Below the pieces are notes generated by a model, which saw nothing but the letters and a program-made list of their open reading frames with translations, ran no database searches and was not told the DNA's origin. Below, in pieces: positions 25,963-36,294 of a stretch of DNA of 64,000 nucleotides. How positions within the stretch are numbered: position 1 is the stretch's first letter; each line of letters opens with the position of its first letter. The DNA is from a virus (taxonomy: Duplodnaviria > Caudoviricetes): positions 75,973 to 139,972 of IMG/VR virus record IMGVR_UViG_3300029305_001452; one strand, given 5' to 3'. Position numbers and translations under genes: made by a program.

Positions 25963-26847
25963 ATGTTCGGATACAGACCTAGTTTAATTTTATTAGTTGG
26001 CATTCCTGGTAGTGGAAAGACAACCTATGCAGAAAAATACCTTGAAGTATGTAGTAATACAATTCATTTATCTTCAGATAAGATTCGTGCAGAGCTTTGG
26101 GGAAGTGAGGCAACTCAGGGTGACAACAACGAAGTTTTCTCTTTGATGCAGTCTAGGGCTATTGAAGCACTAAATAACGGACTGAGTGTCTTGTATGACG
26201 CTACTAATATCACTCGTAAGGATAGATCTTACATTATTGCACTTTGTCCTAAGTTTGTTAAGATTGAATGTCATATTATATGGGCTCCAATTGAAACATG
26301 TATTGAGAGAGATGCCGCAAGAAAGCGCACTGTTGGTAAGGAAGTTATTGATAGGATGCTAAAGAGATTTCAAGCACCTTATTATGATGAAGGTATTCAC
26401 GAGATTAAGATAATTTGGAACACACCAGATGATTTTAATCAACAGACATATGTAAACAATCTTATTAATACTTCTGATATTCCACACGACAACCCTCATC
26501 ATACTCTAAATATTAAAGAACATTGCAATGAAGCATACAATTATGCCGTTAATAATCATTTTCCGTCTTATCTACTTATGGCAGCAAAATATCACGACAT
26601 TGGCAAGTCGTATGTGAAAGCATTTGTTGATAGTAAAGGAAATCCGTCAGAACATGCACACTATTATCAACACCAGTGTATTTCTGCATATATGTATTAC
26701 GGAATTGATAAACATAACTTTTTTATTGCTTGGTTAATTTCCACACACATGGAACATTTTTTTAACAGCAAGTATTATAACAAGCTCCCTACATATTTAA
26801 AGAAACAAATTGATTTGCTTCACGAAGCAGATTTGAATGCACATTAA
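25963..26847 (+). CDS. Polynucleotide kinase (P-loop) fused to an HD domain
   Basis: GIPGSGKTT, DATN; HH...H...HDIGK. Confidence 0.85.
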   Translation: MFGYRPSLILLVGIPGSGKTTYAEKYLEVCSNTIHLSSDKIRAELWGSEATQGDNNEVFSLMQSRAIEALNNGLSVLYDATNITRKDRSYIIALCPKFVKIECHIIWAPIETCIERDAARKRTVGKEVIDRMLKRFQAPYYDEGIHEIKIIWNTPDDFNQQTYVNNLINTSDIPHDNPHHTLNIKEHCNEAYNYAVNNHFPSYLLMAAKYHDIGKSYVKAFVDSKGNPSEHAHYYQHQCISAYMYYGIDKHNFFIAWLISTHMEHFFNSKYYNKLPTYLKKQIDLLHEADLNAH

Positions 26848-26858
26848 GGAGAATAAAT

Positions 26859-27683
26859 ATGAGTAATAATAAAGATTCACTAGGCGACCGTATGAAGCAG
26901 TACGAATATGTCACTAGAAACTATCTAACTAGAAAGCTTCCGGTGATTGTGCGTTTAGACGGAAAGGCCTTTCATAGTTTCACAAGAGGTTTAAAGAAAC
27001 CCTTCGATGAAATCTTCGTCAAGTCTATGCAAGACACTATGAAGTACCTCTGTGAGAACATACAAGGCTGTGTACTAGGATATACTCAGTCGGATGAGAT
27101 TACACTAGTACTAATCGATTATCAGAGCAGAGAGGCTTCTGCTTGGTTTGACAACAATATTCAGAAGATGGTAAGTGTGTCTGCGAGCATGGCAACACTA
27201 ACATTTAATAAAGCGTTTAAAACAAATTCCGAAGCAACTTTGCGTCGTATTAATGGTGTTTTTACTTGTACCGATGAAGAATTTAAGTATGCAAATACAC
27301 TTGAGAAATGTCTATCAAAAGGCGCAATGTTTGATTCTCGTGTCTTTACTGTCCCTAAAGAAGAAGTTATCAATACAATCATTTGGCGTCAGCAAGATGC
27401 AACTCGCAACTCAATCCAGTCAGTTGGACAAGCTAACTTCTCTCATAATCAGTTACACGGCAAGAATTGCAGTAATATCCAGGATATGCTAATGCTTGAG
27501 AAGAATATTAACTGGAATGATTATCCTACACATCTAAAGCGTGGTAGCTGCTGCATTAAGAAGCCTTTCGTTATAAACGAAGGAACAGAACAAGAAGCAA
27601 CTCGCAACAAGTGGGTGATTGATACCGAGATTCCTATTTTTACTCAAGATAAGGATTATGTAAATAAATTAATTTTTATTTAA
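26859..27683 (+). CDS. tRNA-His guanylyltransferase (Thg1)-like 3'-5' polymerase
   Basis: RMKQYE, RLDGKAFH, QSDEI, FDSR, WRQQD. Confidence 0.92.
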   Translation: MSNNKDSLGDRMKQYEYVTRNYLTRKLPVIVRLDGKAFHSFTRGLKKPFDEIFVKSMQDTMKYLCENIQGCVLGYTQSDEITLVLIDYQSREASAWFDNNIQKMVSVSASMATLTFNKAFKTNSEATLRRINGVFTCTDEEFKYANTLEKCLSKGAMFDSRVFTVPKEEVINTIIWRQQDATRNSIQSVGQANFSHNQLHGKNCSNIQDMLMLEKNINWNDYPTHLKRGSCCIKKPFVINEGTEQEATRNKWVIDTEIPIFTQDKDYVNKLIFI

Positions 27684-27690
27684 AACCCCC

Positions 27691-27718
27691 TTGACAAATT
27701 AAAAATTTATGATATAAT
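27691..27718 (+). promoter_or_regulatory. SigmaA promoter of the NAD operon
   Basis: TTGACA-N16-TATAAT. Confidence 0.75.
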
Positions 27719-27758
27719 ACAGACACAACAAAACAAAATTAATGGAGGCGCGAAAAAA

Positions 27759-28271
27759 ATGAAGACGCTAATTGTAATTGACATGCAGAATGATTTTATC
27801 GATGGTGCGCTTGGTACACCTGAGGCACAGGAAATTGTTACTAATGTAAAGAAGAAGATTGAGGAATATGATGCTCGTGAAGATGCGATTGTGTTTACAC
27901 GAGATACCCACTTTGAAAATTATCTTGAAACAAACGAGGGAAAGAATCTTCCCGTTAAGCACTGCATTATGGGTACACATGGCTGGCAGATTGCAGATGG
28001 TCTAGAGGTGCCTTGTGGTAGATATATTAATAAGCCTACTTTTGGATGGGTTGGTTGGAATACATTTGGATTTGAAGATGAAGATGAAATTGAAATTGTT
28101 GGTCTATGTACTGACATTTGTGTGGTTTCTAACGCTCTTATTCTAAAGGCAAGGTTCCCTGAAATTAAGATTACCGTAGACGCATCTTGCTGTGCTGGTG
28201 TTACTCCTGAAAGTCACAAGGCTGCACTACAGACTATGAAAATGTGCCAAATTAATGTAATTGGAGAATAA
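27759..28271 (+). CDS. pncA: Nicotinamidase (isochorismatase family)
   Basis: IDMQNDF, DTH, HC, K, GLCTDICV. Confidence 0.85.
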   Translation: MKTLIVIDMQNDFIDGALGTPEAQEIVTNVKKKIEEYDAREDAIVFTRDTHFENYLETNEGKNLPVKHCIMGTHGWQIADGLEVPCGRYINKPTFGWVGWNTFGFEDEDEIEIVGLCTDICVVSNALILKARFPEIKITVDASCCAGVTPESHKAALQTMKMCQINVIGE

Positions 28272-28274
28272 ATT

Positions 28275-29066
28275 ATGATTAAACTAAATGGTAAAATCAT
28301 TGAACAAAATAATTTTCCAGATGGAACATTACTAATGAAGTGCAATCCTAACAAATATGCAGTAAGCACAATTACATGGCAGTATGAATCTGACGCAGAA
28401 TTGTTTGCACTTTATAGTTTAAAGAGACATCTCAATTGTACTGTGCCTGGACGGAATAGTTATTTGTATATGCCGTATATTCCAAATGCAAGACAGGACA
28501 GGGTAAAAACGAATGAAGATATTTTCACTCTAAAATATTTTGCAGAGATTATTAATTCGTTGAATTTTCAAAAAATCTATGTTATTGATCCCCATTCTTC
28601 TGTAAGTGAAGCATTAATTAATAACATTGAAGTAGTGTCTCCAAAGGATTTTATTGAACAGACTTTAAATAATATCAACGTAGATGATATTTTGATGTTC
28701 TATCCGGATGAGGGCGCAATGAAACGTTATTCTGGGTTAGTGTCTAAGCCTTATGCGTTTGGTATTAAAAAGCGCAACTGGGAGACAGGCAAAATTGAGG
28801 GTCTGGATGTTACAGGTTCTGTAGATAAAATTGTTGGTAAGGATATTTTAATCGTTGACGACATCTGCAGTAGAGGTGGAACATTCTATCATAGCGCAAA
28901 GAAGCTAAAGGAACTTGGCGCTAATAAAATCTATCTATATGTTACACATTGTGAGAATACAATCCTTGAAGGCGAACTACTTACAAGCGGATTAATTGAA
29001 AAGGTATACACAACAAATAGTATTTTTACTAAAGAACATGAAAAAATTGAGGTGTTCGAACTATGA
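28275..29066 (+). CDS. Ribose-phosphate pyrophosphokinase-like protein (Prs/Adps-like)
   Basis: FPDG, ARQDR, DPHS, PDEGA, IVDDICSRGGT. Confidence 0.88.
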   Translation: MIKLNGKIIEQNNFPDGTLLMKCNPNKYAVSTITWQYESDAELFALYSLKRHLNCTVPGRNSYLYMPYIPNARQDRVKTNEDIFTLKYFAEIINSLNFQKIYVIDPHSSVSEALINNIEVVSPKDFIEQTLNNINVDDILMFYPDEGAMKRYSGLVSKPYAFGIKKRNWETGKIEGLDVTGSVDKIVGKDILIVDDICSRGGTFYHSAKKLKELGANKIYLYVTHCENTILEGELLTSGLIEKVYTTNSIFTKEHEKIEVFEL

Positions 29067-29641
29067 AACCTTATGATGTAGGGTTGATTTGTGGAAGATT
29101 TCAAACATTCCATAAGGGTCACGAAAAGTTAATTGAAACTGGTTTAATGTTGTGCGACAGACTTTTAATTTTAATTGGAAGCGCACAAGAATGTGGGACT
29201 GAGCGTAATCCATTAAACATTAACACCAGAACAAAAATGCTTAGGATGATTTATGGTGACAATCCAAACATTATGATTTATGGTTTACCTGATTTATCAA
29301 ACGAAAATGATATTCGTCCAGAATGGGGTAGATATTTACTTGATAATGCAGACCGATATATTTTCAAAAATCCAGATGTAATGATTTATGGAAATGATGA
29401 AAGTAGAAGCGCTTGGTTTGATAAAAAAGATTTGAAATACACAACAGAACTGATTGTTAATAGGAGCGAACTTCCTATTTCTGCTACTATGGTGCGTCAA
29501 TATATGGTTGAAGATAATCGTAAAGCTTGGATGGAATGTGTTAATCCTAAGTTACATAAAATGTATGATGAAATCCGTCGTGAATTAATGACGGTAGATT
29601 ATTATCAAAAACACTTTTTAAACAATAAAAATAATGATTGA
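29063..29641 (+). CDS. NMN/NaMN adenylyltransferase (NadM-like)
   Basis: GRFQTFHKGH, IGSAQ, RNP, ISATMVR. Confidence 0.88.
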   Translation: MKPYDVGLICGRFQTFHKGHEKLIETGLMLCDRLLILIGSAQECGTERNPLNINTRTKMLRMIYGDNPNIMIYGLPDLSNENDIRPEWGRYLLDNADRYIFKNPDVMIYGNDESRSAWFDKKDLKYTTELIVNRSELPISATMVRQYMVEDNRKAWMECVNPKLHKMYDEIRRELMTVDYYQKHFLNNKNND

Positions 29642-29653
29642 GGTATTTGAACT

Positions 29654-31123
29654 ATGACAACTGATATTATGATGATGCTTATGTCTGATACATATAAGCA
29701 TACTCATCCTCGTATGTATCCTCAGAACTTAACAAAGTTGGTCTCTTATCTAACTCCTCGTAAGAACATGTCTAAAGCATTTCCTAATATGGTATTCTTT
29801 GGCCTGCAAGCTTTTATCCTCGACTACCTTATGGATGGTTTCGATGAACAATTTTTTGATAAGCCACTACACGTAGTAGAAGATAAGTATAAACATTACA
29901 TGGGCATTCAAATTGGTGTAGAAAATACTGAGTGGCCTAAGATTAAGGCTCTACATGAACTTGGTTATTTGCCCCTAGAAATTCGTGCTCTGCCTGAGGG
30001 TACTGTAGTTAACATGGGGATTCCTGTAGTTGAGATGACTAACACTCATCCAGACTTTGCGTGGGTTGTGCAGTGGGTAGAGTGTATTCTGCAGGCTGAA
30101 CTGTGGGCTCCTTGTGCTTATGCAACTATTGGTAAAGCTTATCATGATCTTGCAGAGAAGTACTACAGTGAGACTACGGATGGTGCCGATCCTTTTATGG
30201 CAATGGCCGACTTCGGTATGCGTGGTATGTCTTGTATGGAAGATTCTATTAGAGCGTCTGCTTCTTGGCTTCTAAGTTTCGATAAGACAAGCACCATTCC
30301 AGCACTACCATATATTGATGATTATTATAATGCCAATTGTTCTGTAAATAGTATTGGTCGTGGTGCAGTATCCACAGAGCATTCCGTTATGGGTGCCAAC
30401 TTCGCTATTGACGGTGATGAAATTACATTTGTTAAGCGTTTGCTTACTGAATTGTATCCAAATACATCTTTCTCTATGGTGTCTGATACATACGACTATT
30501 GGAATATGGTTAATAACATCATTCCTGCTTGTAAGGATGAAATTATGGCTCATAATGGCAAGTTGCTAATTAGACCAGATTCCGGCGATATGGTTGATAT
30601 TTCTATTCGTACTATTGATAAGTTGTGGGAAGTATTTGGTGGCACCGTTAATGCTAGGGGCTATAAGGAACTCGACCCTCACATCGGTCTAATCTATGGT
30701 GATGGCTGCACATTAAATCGTGTACATGAGATTTATGAAATTCTGAAGCAGCGTGGCTTTGCTGCTAATAATGTAGTGTTTGGTGTTGGTGCTTTCTGTT
30801 TCCACGCTCTGTTTGACGACGATAATAATATGACCGTTATTACTAGAGATACTTTTGGTATGGCCATGAAGGCTACTTTTGGTGAATTTGGCGACAAGAA
30901 GCTATTTATTTACAAAGATCCCAAAACTGACGATGGCAATCTAAAGAAGAGTCATAAGGGATGTTGTATGGTATCTCAGAAAGATGATGGAAGTTTCGTA
31001 TGCGTTGATGAATTCGACCACTGGATTGAAGATGGGTTTACTGAACTGGAAACAGTATTTAAGGACGGCGCAATCACTAAATTCTACAACTTTACGGACA
31101 TTCGGGAGAGATTGTATGGTTAA
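29654..31123 (+). CDS. Nicotinamide/nicotinate phosphoribosyltransferase (NadV/NAMPT family)
   Basis: DTYK..H, DFGMRG, STEHSV, DTYD, IRPDSG, YGDG, KKSHKG. Confidence 0.92.
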   Translation: MTTDIMMMLMSDTYKHTHPRMYPQNLTKLVSYLTPRKNMSKAFPNMVFFGLQAFILDYLMDGFDEQFFDKPLHVVEDKYKHYMGIQIGVENTEWPKIKALHELGYLPLEIRALPEGTVVNMGIPVVEMTNTHPDFAWVVQWVECILQAELWAPCAYATIGKAYHDLAEKYYSETTDGADPFMAMADFGMRGMSCMEDSIRASASWLLSFDKTSTIPALPYIDDYYNANCSVNSIGRGAVSTEHSVMGANFAIDGDEITFVKRLLTELYPNTSFSMVSDTYDYWNMVNNIIPACKDEIMAHNGKLLIRPDSGDMVDISIRTIDKLWEVFGGTVNARGYKELDPHIGLIYGDGCTLNRVHEIYEILKQRGFAANNVVFGVGAFCFHALFDDDNNMTVITRDTFGMAMKATFGEFGDKKLFIYKDPKTDDGNLKKSHKGCCMVSQKDDGSFVCVDEFDHWIEDGFTELETVFKDGAITKFYNFTDIRERLYG

Positions 31124-31577
31124 AATTATTGACGGTAATTTATTTGACTCTAAAGCAAATATCATCTGCCATCAATGCAATTGCCAAGGTGTTATGGGTT
31201 CTGGAGTCGCAGCAGAGGTTAAAAGAAGATATCCTTATGTATTCCACAGATATAGAAAAGATTATCTTGATGGTAAACTAAAGCTAGGATATGTTTGTTT
31301 TGCATCTGCAAATGTAGACCAGGTAATTGCAAATATGTGTGGTCAAAATAACTTTGGTTACGATGGCTCTGTTTATACAAACTATGACAAGTTACAAGAA
31401 TGTCTTAATAATGTTAAAGACTATGCTATGTTTTCATATGATGTAAAACCAACCATTGCATTTCCTTGGCTAATGTCATGTTGTCGTGGTGGCGGAGATT
31501 GGAATATAGTTTATAAGATGATCGAAGATACATTTGAAGATTTTGATGTAGAAATTTGGAGGTTGCAAAATGACTAA
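31116..31577 (+). CDS. Macro domain (ADP-ribose) protein
   Basis: GNLF...HQCNCQGVMGSGVA...GGGDW. Confidence 0.88.
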   Translation: MVKIIDGNLFDSKANIICHQCNCQGVMGSGVAAEVKRRYPYVFHRYRKDYLDGKLKLGYVCFASANVDQVIANMCGQNNFGYDGSVYTNYDKLQECLNNVKDYAMFSYDVKPTIAFPWLMSCCRGGGDWNIVYKMIEDTFEDFDVEIWRLQND

Positions 31578-32307
31578 CTTTAATGCGGTACAAGTTAAAA
31601 ATGATTGTGTGGCATGGATTAGAGATTGGTTTGAATATAATGGTCCAGATTGCAATGCCGTAATTGGAATTTCCGGCGGCAAAGATTCTTCTATCGTGGC
31701 AGCACTTTGTGTTGAAGCACTTGGCAAGGATAGAGTGACTGGTGTTCTTATGCCTCAAGGCGTACAGTCTGACATTAAGGCAAGTTATGATCTTGTAAAA
31801 CATCTTGAAATTAAATACATGGAAATCAACATTAGTGAATCAGTGCAGGCAGTGCTTAAAGGTGTAAGGAACCATGTAATCACATCTAGTCAGACAAGAA
31901 TTAATCTTCCTCCGAGAATTCGTATGGCAACACTTTATGCGGTTTCTCAGAGCGTAAACGGTAGAGTTGCAAATACTTGTAATTGGTCTGAAGACTACAT
32001 TGGTTATAGCACTCGTTGGGGGGATTCCGTTGGAGACTTTGCACCTTTGGCAAATCTAACAAGTGATGAAGTTATTGCTATTGGTGAAGTATGTAATCTA
32101 CCTGATGAACTGACACATAAGACACCGGCAGATGGTCTTTGTGGTAAAACTGACGAGGATAACTTTGGGTTCACTTATGAAGTTCTAAATAAATATATTA
32201 GAACTGGGGTTTGTGAAGATGAAGAAGTAAAGGCAAAGATTGATCAAATGCATGAAAAGAACCTTTTTAAGCTTATGCCAATTCCTACTTTTAAATACGA
32301 GGTATAA
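31570..32307 (+). CDS. nadE: NH3-dependent NAD+ synthetase
   Basis: GISGGKDS, RIRMATLY, GYSTRWGD, PADGL. Confidence 0.93.
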   Translation: MTNFNAVQVKNDCVAWIRDWFEYNGPDCNAVIGISGGKDSSIVAALCVEALGKDRVTGVLMPQGVQSDIKASYDLVKHLEIKYMEINISESVQAVLKGVRNHVITSSQTRINLPPRIRMATLYAVSQSVNGRVANTCNWSEDYIGYSTRWGDSVGDFAPLANLTSDEVIAIGEVCNLPDELTHKTPADGLCGKTDEDNFGFTYEVLNKYIRTGVCEDEEVKAKIDQMHEKNLFKLMPIPTFKYEV

Positions 32308-32310
32308 CAA

Positions 32311-32601
32311 ATGACAACCAAAAAGTTTATTACTAAAACAACAATTAAAATTATTATTTACGCAATCTTATCAACAATTGCACTAAGTTTACTAAACAGT
32401 CCTATTATCACGAATGAAATCGCCCTTACTCAAATGGAGAATAATAATGAACTGTATATGTTGATGGATACTTATAATAAGGTCAGACCTTTTATTTCAA
32501 TCATTTATGGTTTTATTACTGTATTATTTGCAGGAACTACCATTCGTGATACATATAATTTTATTAAAACAAAAACAAACAAAGGAGAAAATGAATTATG
32601 A
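32311..32601 (+). CDS. Small two-TM membrane protein
   Basis: Hydrophobic segments; coupled to the SPFH gene. Confidence 0.65.
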   Translation: MTTKKFITKTTIKIIIYAILSTIALSLLNSPIITNEIALTQMENNNELYMLMDTYNKVRPFISIIYGFITVLFAGTTIRDTYNFIKTKTNKGENEL

Positions 32602-33533
32602 AGAAGATTATTGCACTTGTACTAACCCTAGTAATGGTTTGTTGCATGTTTACTGGCTGTCGTAAACCTTATGACAAGCCTGAGTTTGTAACCATCGAGG
32701 CATCTCAGACCGCATTCCTAATTCCTCTGGTTGGCGACACTACAAACCAAGCAAGCTTTGAATCCGAGGAACTTCTACTGCAAGCTAAGGTAGCAACTAA
32801 GGAAATTCAGATTCCTCATCGTTGGGTACAGACTGGTCGTAGAAATTGGATGGGTGAATATCGTGCCACTGCAACTCTAATCGTTGTTGAGCGTAAGCCT
32901 GTTTCTCGTTCTTGGGAGTCCGGTGATTCTGCGGCAACTAGCAGCAACAAGGCTATTTTCGGTGAAACTTCTGATGGTATTGGTATTTATGTTGGTATGA
33001 ACTGTTCTGCGCAGATTGAAGAAGTTGATGCAGCAAAGTTCCTATATCGTTACAACAATACTCCTCTGTCAACCATTATTGACACTGATATTAAGAAGAT
33101 GGTTGAAGACGAGTTTAATATGCATACATCTAAGTATACCAGTACCGATCTTCTAAATCACAAGGCTGAAATTATGGACGCTGTTAAGAATAATGTTACT
33201 AATTATTTTAAGGAATACGGCATCACTATTACAGTTCTTGGTCTAAAGGAGGGTATTTCTTATGAGAATCCTGCAATTCAGACTGCGATTGATAAGAAGT
33301 TTGAGTCAGAGCAGAAGCTAGTAATTCAGCAGAACGAAAATGAAGCAAATATTGCTAAGGCTGAAGCTGAAGCACAGGCTATTATTTTGAAGGCAGAGGC
33401 TGAGGCGGAGGCTAATGCAAAGTTGGCAAGCTCTCTGACTGGTACTATTCTAGAGAAGATGTACTATGATAAGTGGAATGGCGTATTACCCGAAGTTTAC
33501 GGAGCAGACAATGCGATTGTAAATATTCCTTAA
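32598..33533 (+). CDS. SPFH/band-7 family lipoprotein
   Basis: Lipobox FTGC; AEAEA coiled coil; KWNGVLP. Confidence 0.82.
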   Translation: MKKIIALVLTLVMVCCMFTGCRKPYDKPEFVTIEASQTAFLIPLVGDTTNQASFESEELLLQAKVATKEIQIPHRWVQTGRRNWMGEYRATATLIVVERKPVSRSWESGDSAATSSNKAIFGETSDGIGIYVGMNCSAQIEEVDAAKFLYRYNNTPLSTIIDTDIKKMVEDEFNMHTSKYTSTDLLNHKAEIMDAVKNNVTNYFKEYGITITVLGLKEGISYENPAIQTAIDKKFESEQKLVIQQNENEANIAKAEAEAQAIILKAEAEAEANAKLASSLTGTILEKMYYDKWNGVLPEVYGADNAIVNIP

Positions 33534-33592
33534 TTAAAAAAATATACGGGCCATGGCAAAAACCGTGGCCCATTTTTGTATATATTGCACCA

Positions 33593-33621
33593 TTGACAAT
33601 GTTAATTTAATATGCTATATT
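33593..33621 (+). promoter_or_regulatory. SigmaA promoter of the ligase gene
   Basis: TTGACA-N17-TATATT with TG. Confidence 0.75.
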
Positions 33622-33651
33622 AACAATACAAAATTAATAGGAGGTGTTGTA

Positions 33652-35622
33652 ATGAGCATTCAAAAGATTAAAGAACTAACAGAAGAACTTTTGTATCATT
33701 GTCATCTTTATTATGATTTGGATTCACCAGTTATCAGCGATGCAGAATTTGACAAAAAGTTTAATGAGTTAGAGAAGCTCGAAAATGAAGAAAATTTCTG
33801 GATTGCCAATAGCCCGACTCGTAAAGTGCAAGGTGAAGTGTTACCGTATTTGACAAAAGTTAGTCATTCTGTACCTATGTTGTCTGCTGCTAAGTCTACA
33901 AATATAGATGATGTGAAAAAATTTATAGGAGATAAATTTGTAGTAGCCTCATACAAACTTGACGGCAGCACAGTTGTTTTAAAGTATGACAATCACAAAT
34001 TTATTCAAGGATTATCTAGAGGATCAGGAACAGATGGTGAAGACATAACTCATACTGTTCGTATGATTAAAAACATTCCTATGACAATTCCATATAGCGG
34101 ATATCTTGAGATTCGTGGAGAAGCATTAATTCCATGGAAATATTATAACGAAATGAATAAAGATGGTAACATGGGACACCCAAGAAATGTTGCGTCTGGC
34201 GGTTTAAGACAGTTGGACGCAAATGAAGCAGCTAAGCGTAATATTTATTTTTATGCTTTTACTTTGGTTAATTGGAAAGAGGTTTTACCAACGATACCTT
34301 GGGTTGATGGCAGAATTGTATGGTCAAAATATGAAACTCTAAGTTTTTTAAAGCGTAACGGATTTGATGTTGTTCCGCATGTTACATTTAATGACGGTCC
34401 AGATTTTAATCTTTTAGAGAAAGAAGTTCTTCCAATGTTAAATCGTGAAACTTACGATAATCCTACGGACGGATGGGTATTCGAGTATGAAGATCTTGAA
34501 TACGGTGAAAGTCTTGGTTCAACAGAGCATCATGACAGAAGACTATATGCATTAAAGCCGGAAGTAGAAGGATACGAAACTTATTTTAGAGGTATTGAGT
34601 ACAACACTTGTAGAACTGGTATTGTTTCTATGACGGCGTTATTCGATCCTGTGGAAATTGGCAACACCATGGTTAGTAGGGCAACACTCCATAATTGTGA
34701 TTTCTTTAATGCGCTTGAACTTGGTGAAGGTGACTTAATTATGGTTACAAAGTTTAATGAAATCATTCCTGGAATTATGTCAAATGAAACCAAATCTGGA
34801 ACATATCAATTGATTGACAAATGTCCTTCGTGTGGAGAAAAACTGATTATTAAAAATACTGGAACGGCTAATGTACTATATTGTCAGAATGAAAATTGTC
34901 CATCAAGAAAACTCGCTCAATTTGAACATTTTGTTTCAAAGCATTGTATGGATATTCGAGGAATGTCTTCTGCAACGCTAGAAACTCTAATCTCACACGG
35001 ATTTCTACGGAATTTTAAGGATATTTACCACCTAAGTAACCATAGGCAACAACTTATTCAGCTAGATGGATTTGGTAAAAAATCTATTGAAAATCTACTA
35101 AAATCTATTGAAGATTCAAGAAATGTTAAATTGGAAAACTTTATTGCGGCGCTTGGTATTCCTAACATCGGGCTGTCGGCAGCAAAGACCATTTCAAAGC
35201 AATTTAACGGGGATCATTTTGATTATATTTATGCGTTATCTAACGGTTATGATTTTACTCAGCTTGAAGATTTCGGAGAAGTAATGAATCAGTCTTTACA
35301 TGATTGGTGGAACAGTAAAGATCCTATGGTTGAACTGCTTCCTATGGAAATGCACTTTATCCTCCCAGAAAAACAGAATATCACAGAAAGCCCATTCAAC
35401 GGCAAAACAATTTGTGTTACTGGTAAATTAAATCTCTTCACTAGAGAATCTATTAATGAAAAGATTATTTCGCTTGGTGCAAAAGCGGCAGGTTCTGTAA
35501 GTAAGAAGACTGACTATCTTATCACAAATGAGTCTAGTGGATCTTCAAAGTATAAGAAAGCCGTAGAGCTGAATATTCCTATTATTACTGAAAATGAATT
35601 TTTAAATATGATTGGAGAGTAA
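33652..35622 (+). CDS. ligA: NAD-dependent DNA ligase
   Basis: YY..D...SD..FD, KLDG, EIRGE, Zn finger, C-terminal BRCT; GGAGG RBS before ATG 33652. Confidence 0.95.
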   Translation: MSIQKIKELTEELLYHCHLYYDLDSPVISDAEFDKKFNELEKLENEENFWIANSPTRKVQGEVLPYLTKVSHSVPMLSAAKSTNIDDVKKFIGDKFVVASYKLDGSTVVLKYDNHKFIQGLSRGSGTDGEDITHTVRMIKNIPMTIPYSGYLEIRGEALIPWKYYNEMNKDGNMGHPRNVASGGLRQLDANEAAKRNIYFYAFTLVNWKEVLPTIPWVDGRIVWSKYETLSFLKRNGFDVVPHVTFNDGPDFNLLEKEVLPMLNRETYDNPTDGWVFEYEDLEYGESLGSTEHHDRRLYALKPEVEGYETYFRGIEYNTCRTGIVSMTALFDPVEIGNTMVSRATLHNCDFFNALELGEGDLIMVTKFNEIIPGIMSNETKSGTYQLIDKCPSCGEKLIIKNTGTANVLYCQNENCPSRKLAQFEHFVSKHCMDIRGMSSATLETLISHGFLRNFKDIYHLSNHRQQLIQLDGFGKKSIENLLKSIEDSRNVKLENFIAALGIPNIGLSAAKTISKQFNGDHFDYIYALSNGYDFTQLEDFGEVMNQSLHDWWNSKDPMVELLPMEMHFILPEKQNITESPFNGKTICVTGKLNLFTRESINEKIISLGAKAAGSVSKKTDYLITNESSGSSKYKKAVELNIPIITENEFLNMIGE

Positions 35623-35881
35623 AATTATGAATGAACTATATTTTTTAGGTATGGATATTGTAGAAGAAGTTAAGAGTATGGTTAATGTTACCATGCTTGC
35701 TTGTACTAACGGTATGACTGAAAATGAACTAAATGCATATAAACTAGGAGTACAAAACGTTCTTAGCGCTCTAGATACAGCCATATATGATACAGATCTA
35801 ATTGCTGTAAATATTAATGGTATGGATATTCCTACAGAGTTATCTGTTGATGAATTAGAAGAATTTTTTAGTGGAATTTAA
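35612..35881 (+). CDS. Hypothetical protein
   Basis: Coupled ORF. Confidence 0.6.
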   Translation: MESKIMNELYFLGMDIVEEVKSMVNVTMLACTNGMTENELNAYKLGVQNVLSALDTAIYDTDLIAVNINGMDIPTELSVDELEEFFSGI

Positions 35882-35912
35882 TGTATGGATGTAAGCTTAG
35901 AAAGTGGCCCTC

Positions 35913-35941
35913 TTGACAAAACAAAATTAATGTGATATAAT
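35913..35941 (+). promoter_or_regulatory. SigmaA promoter containing ACAAAATTAAT in its spacer
   Basis: TTGACA-N17-TATAAT with TG. Confidence 0.85.
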
Positions 35942-35955
35942 AGCAACGATAAAAA

Positions 35956-36294
35956 ATGAAAGGAGCATATCACATGGATAATACAGAACTAAACGAACAA
36001 ACTAATGTTACAGAAGATACTAAAACTAATGACGAATTGAAAGGTGCAATTGAAGAAACCCTATCTAAGATTCGTAGACAGAGCATGTTACTTGGTTTTC
36101 AGGTATCATGTCAGACGGTGCTAGATAAGATTACTGAGTTTGAAAGAAAGCCTGGTAGTAAATCTAACAACGATCATAAGAGGTTGATTAAAGATATTAA
36201 AAACTTTTGTGAAACTGGATTGTCTCGTAAAGTAAATACAGACGGAGAAACTGAACCTATCGAAAAAACCGAAGAAGAAACAGCACAAAATTAA
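35956..36294 (+). CDS. Hypothetical protein
   Basis: ORF; likely start at MDNT after AAGGAG. Confidence 0.7.
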   Translation: MKGAYHMDNTELNEQTNVTEDTKTNDELKGAIEETLSKIRRQSMLLGFQVSCQTVLDKITEFERKPGSKSNNDHKRLIKDIKNFCETGLSRKVNTDGETEPIEKTEEETAQN

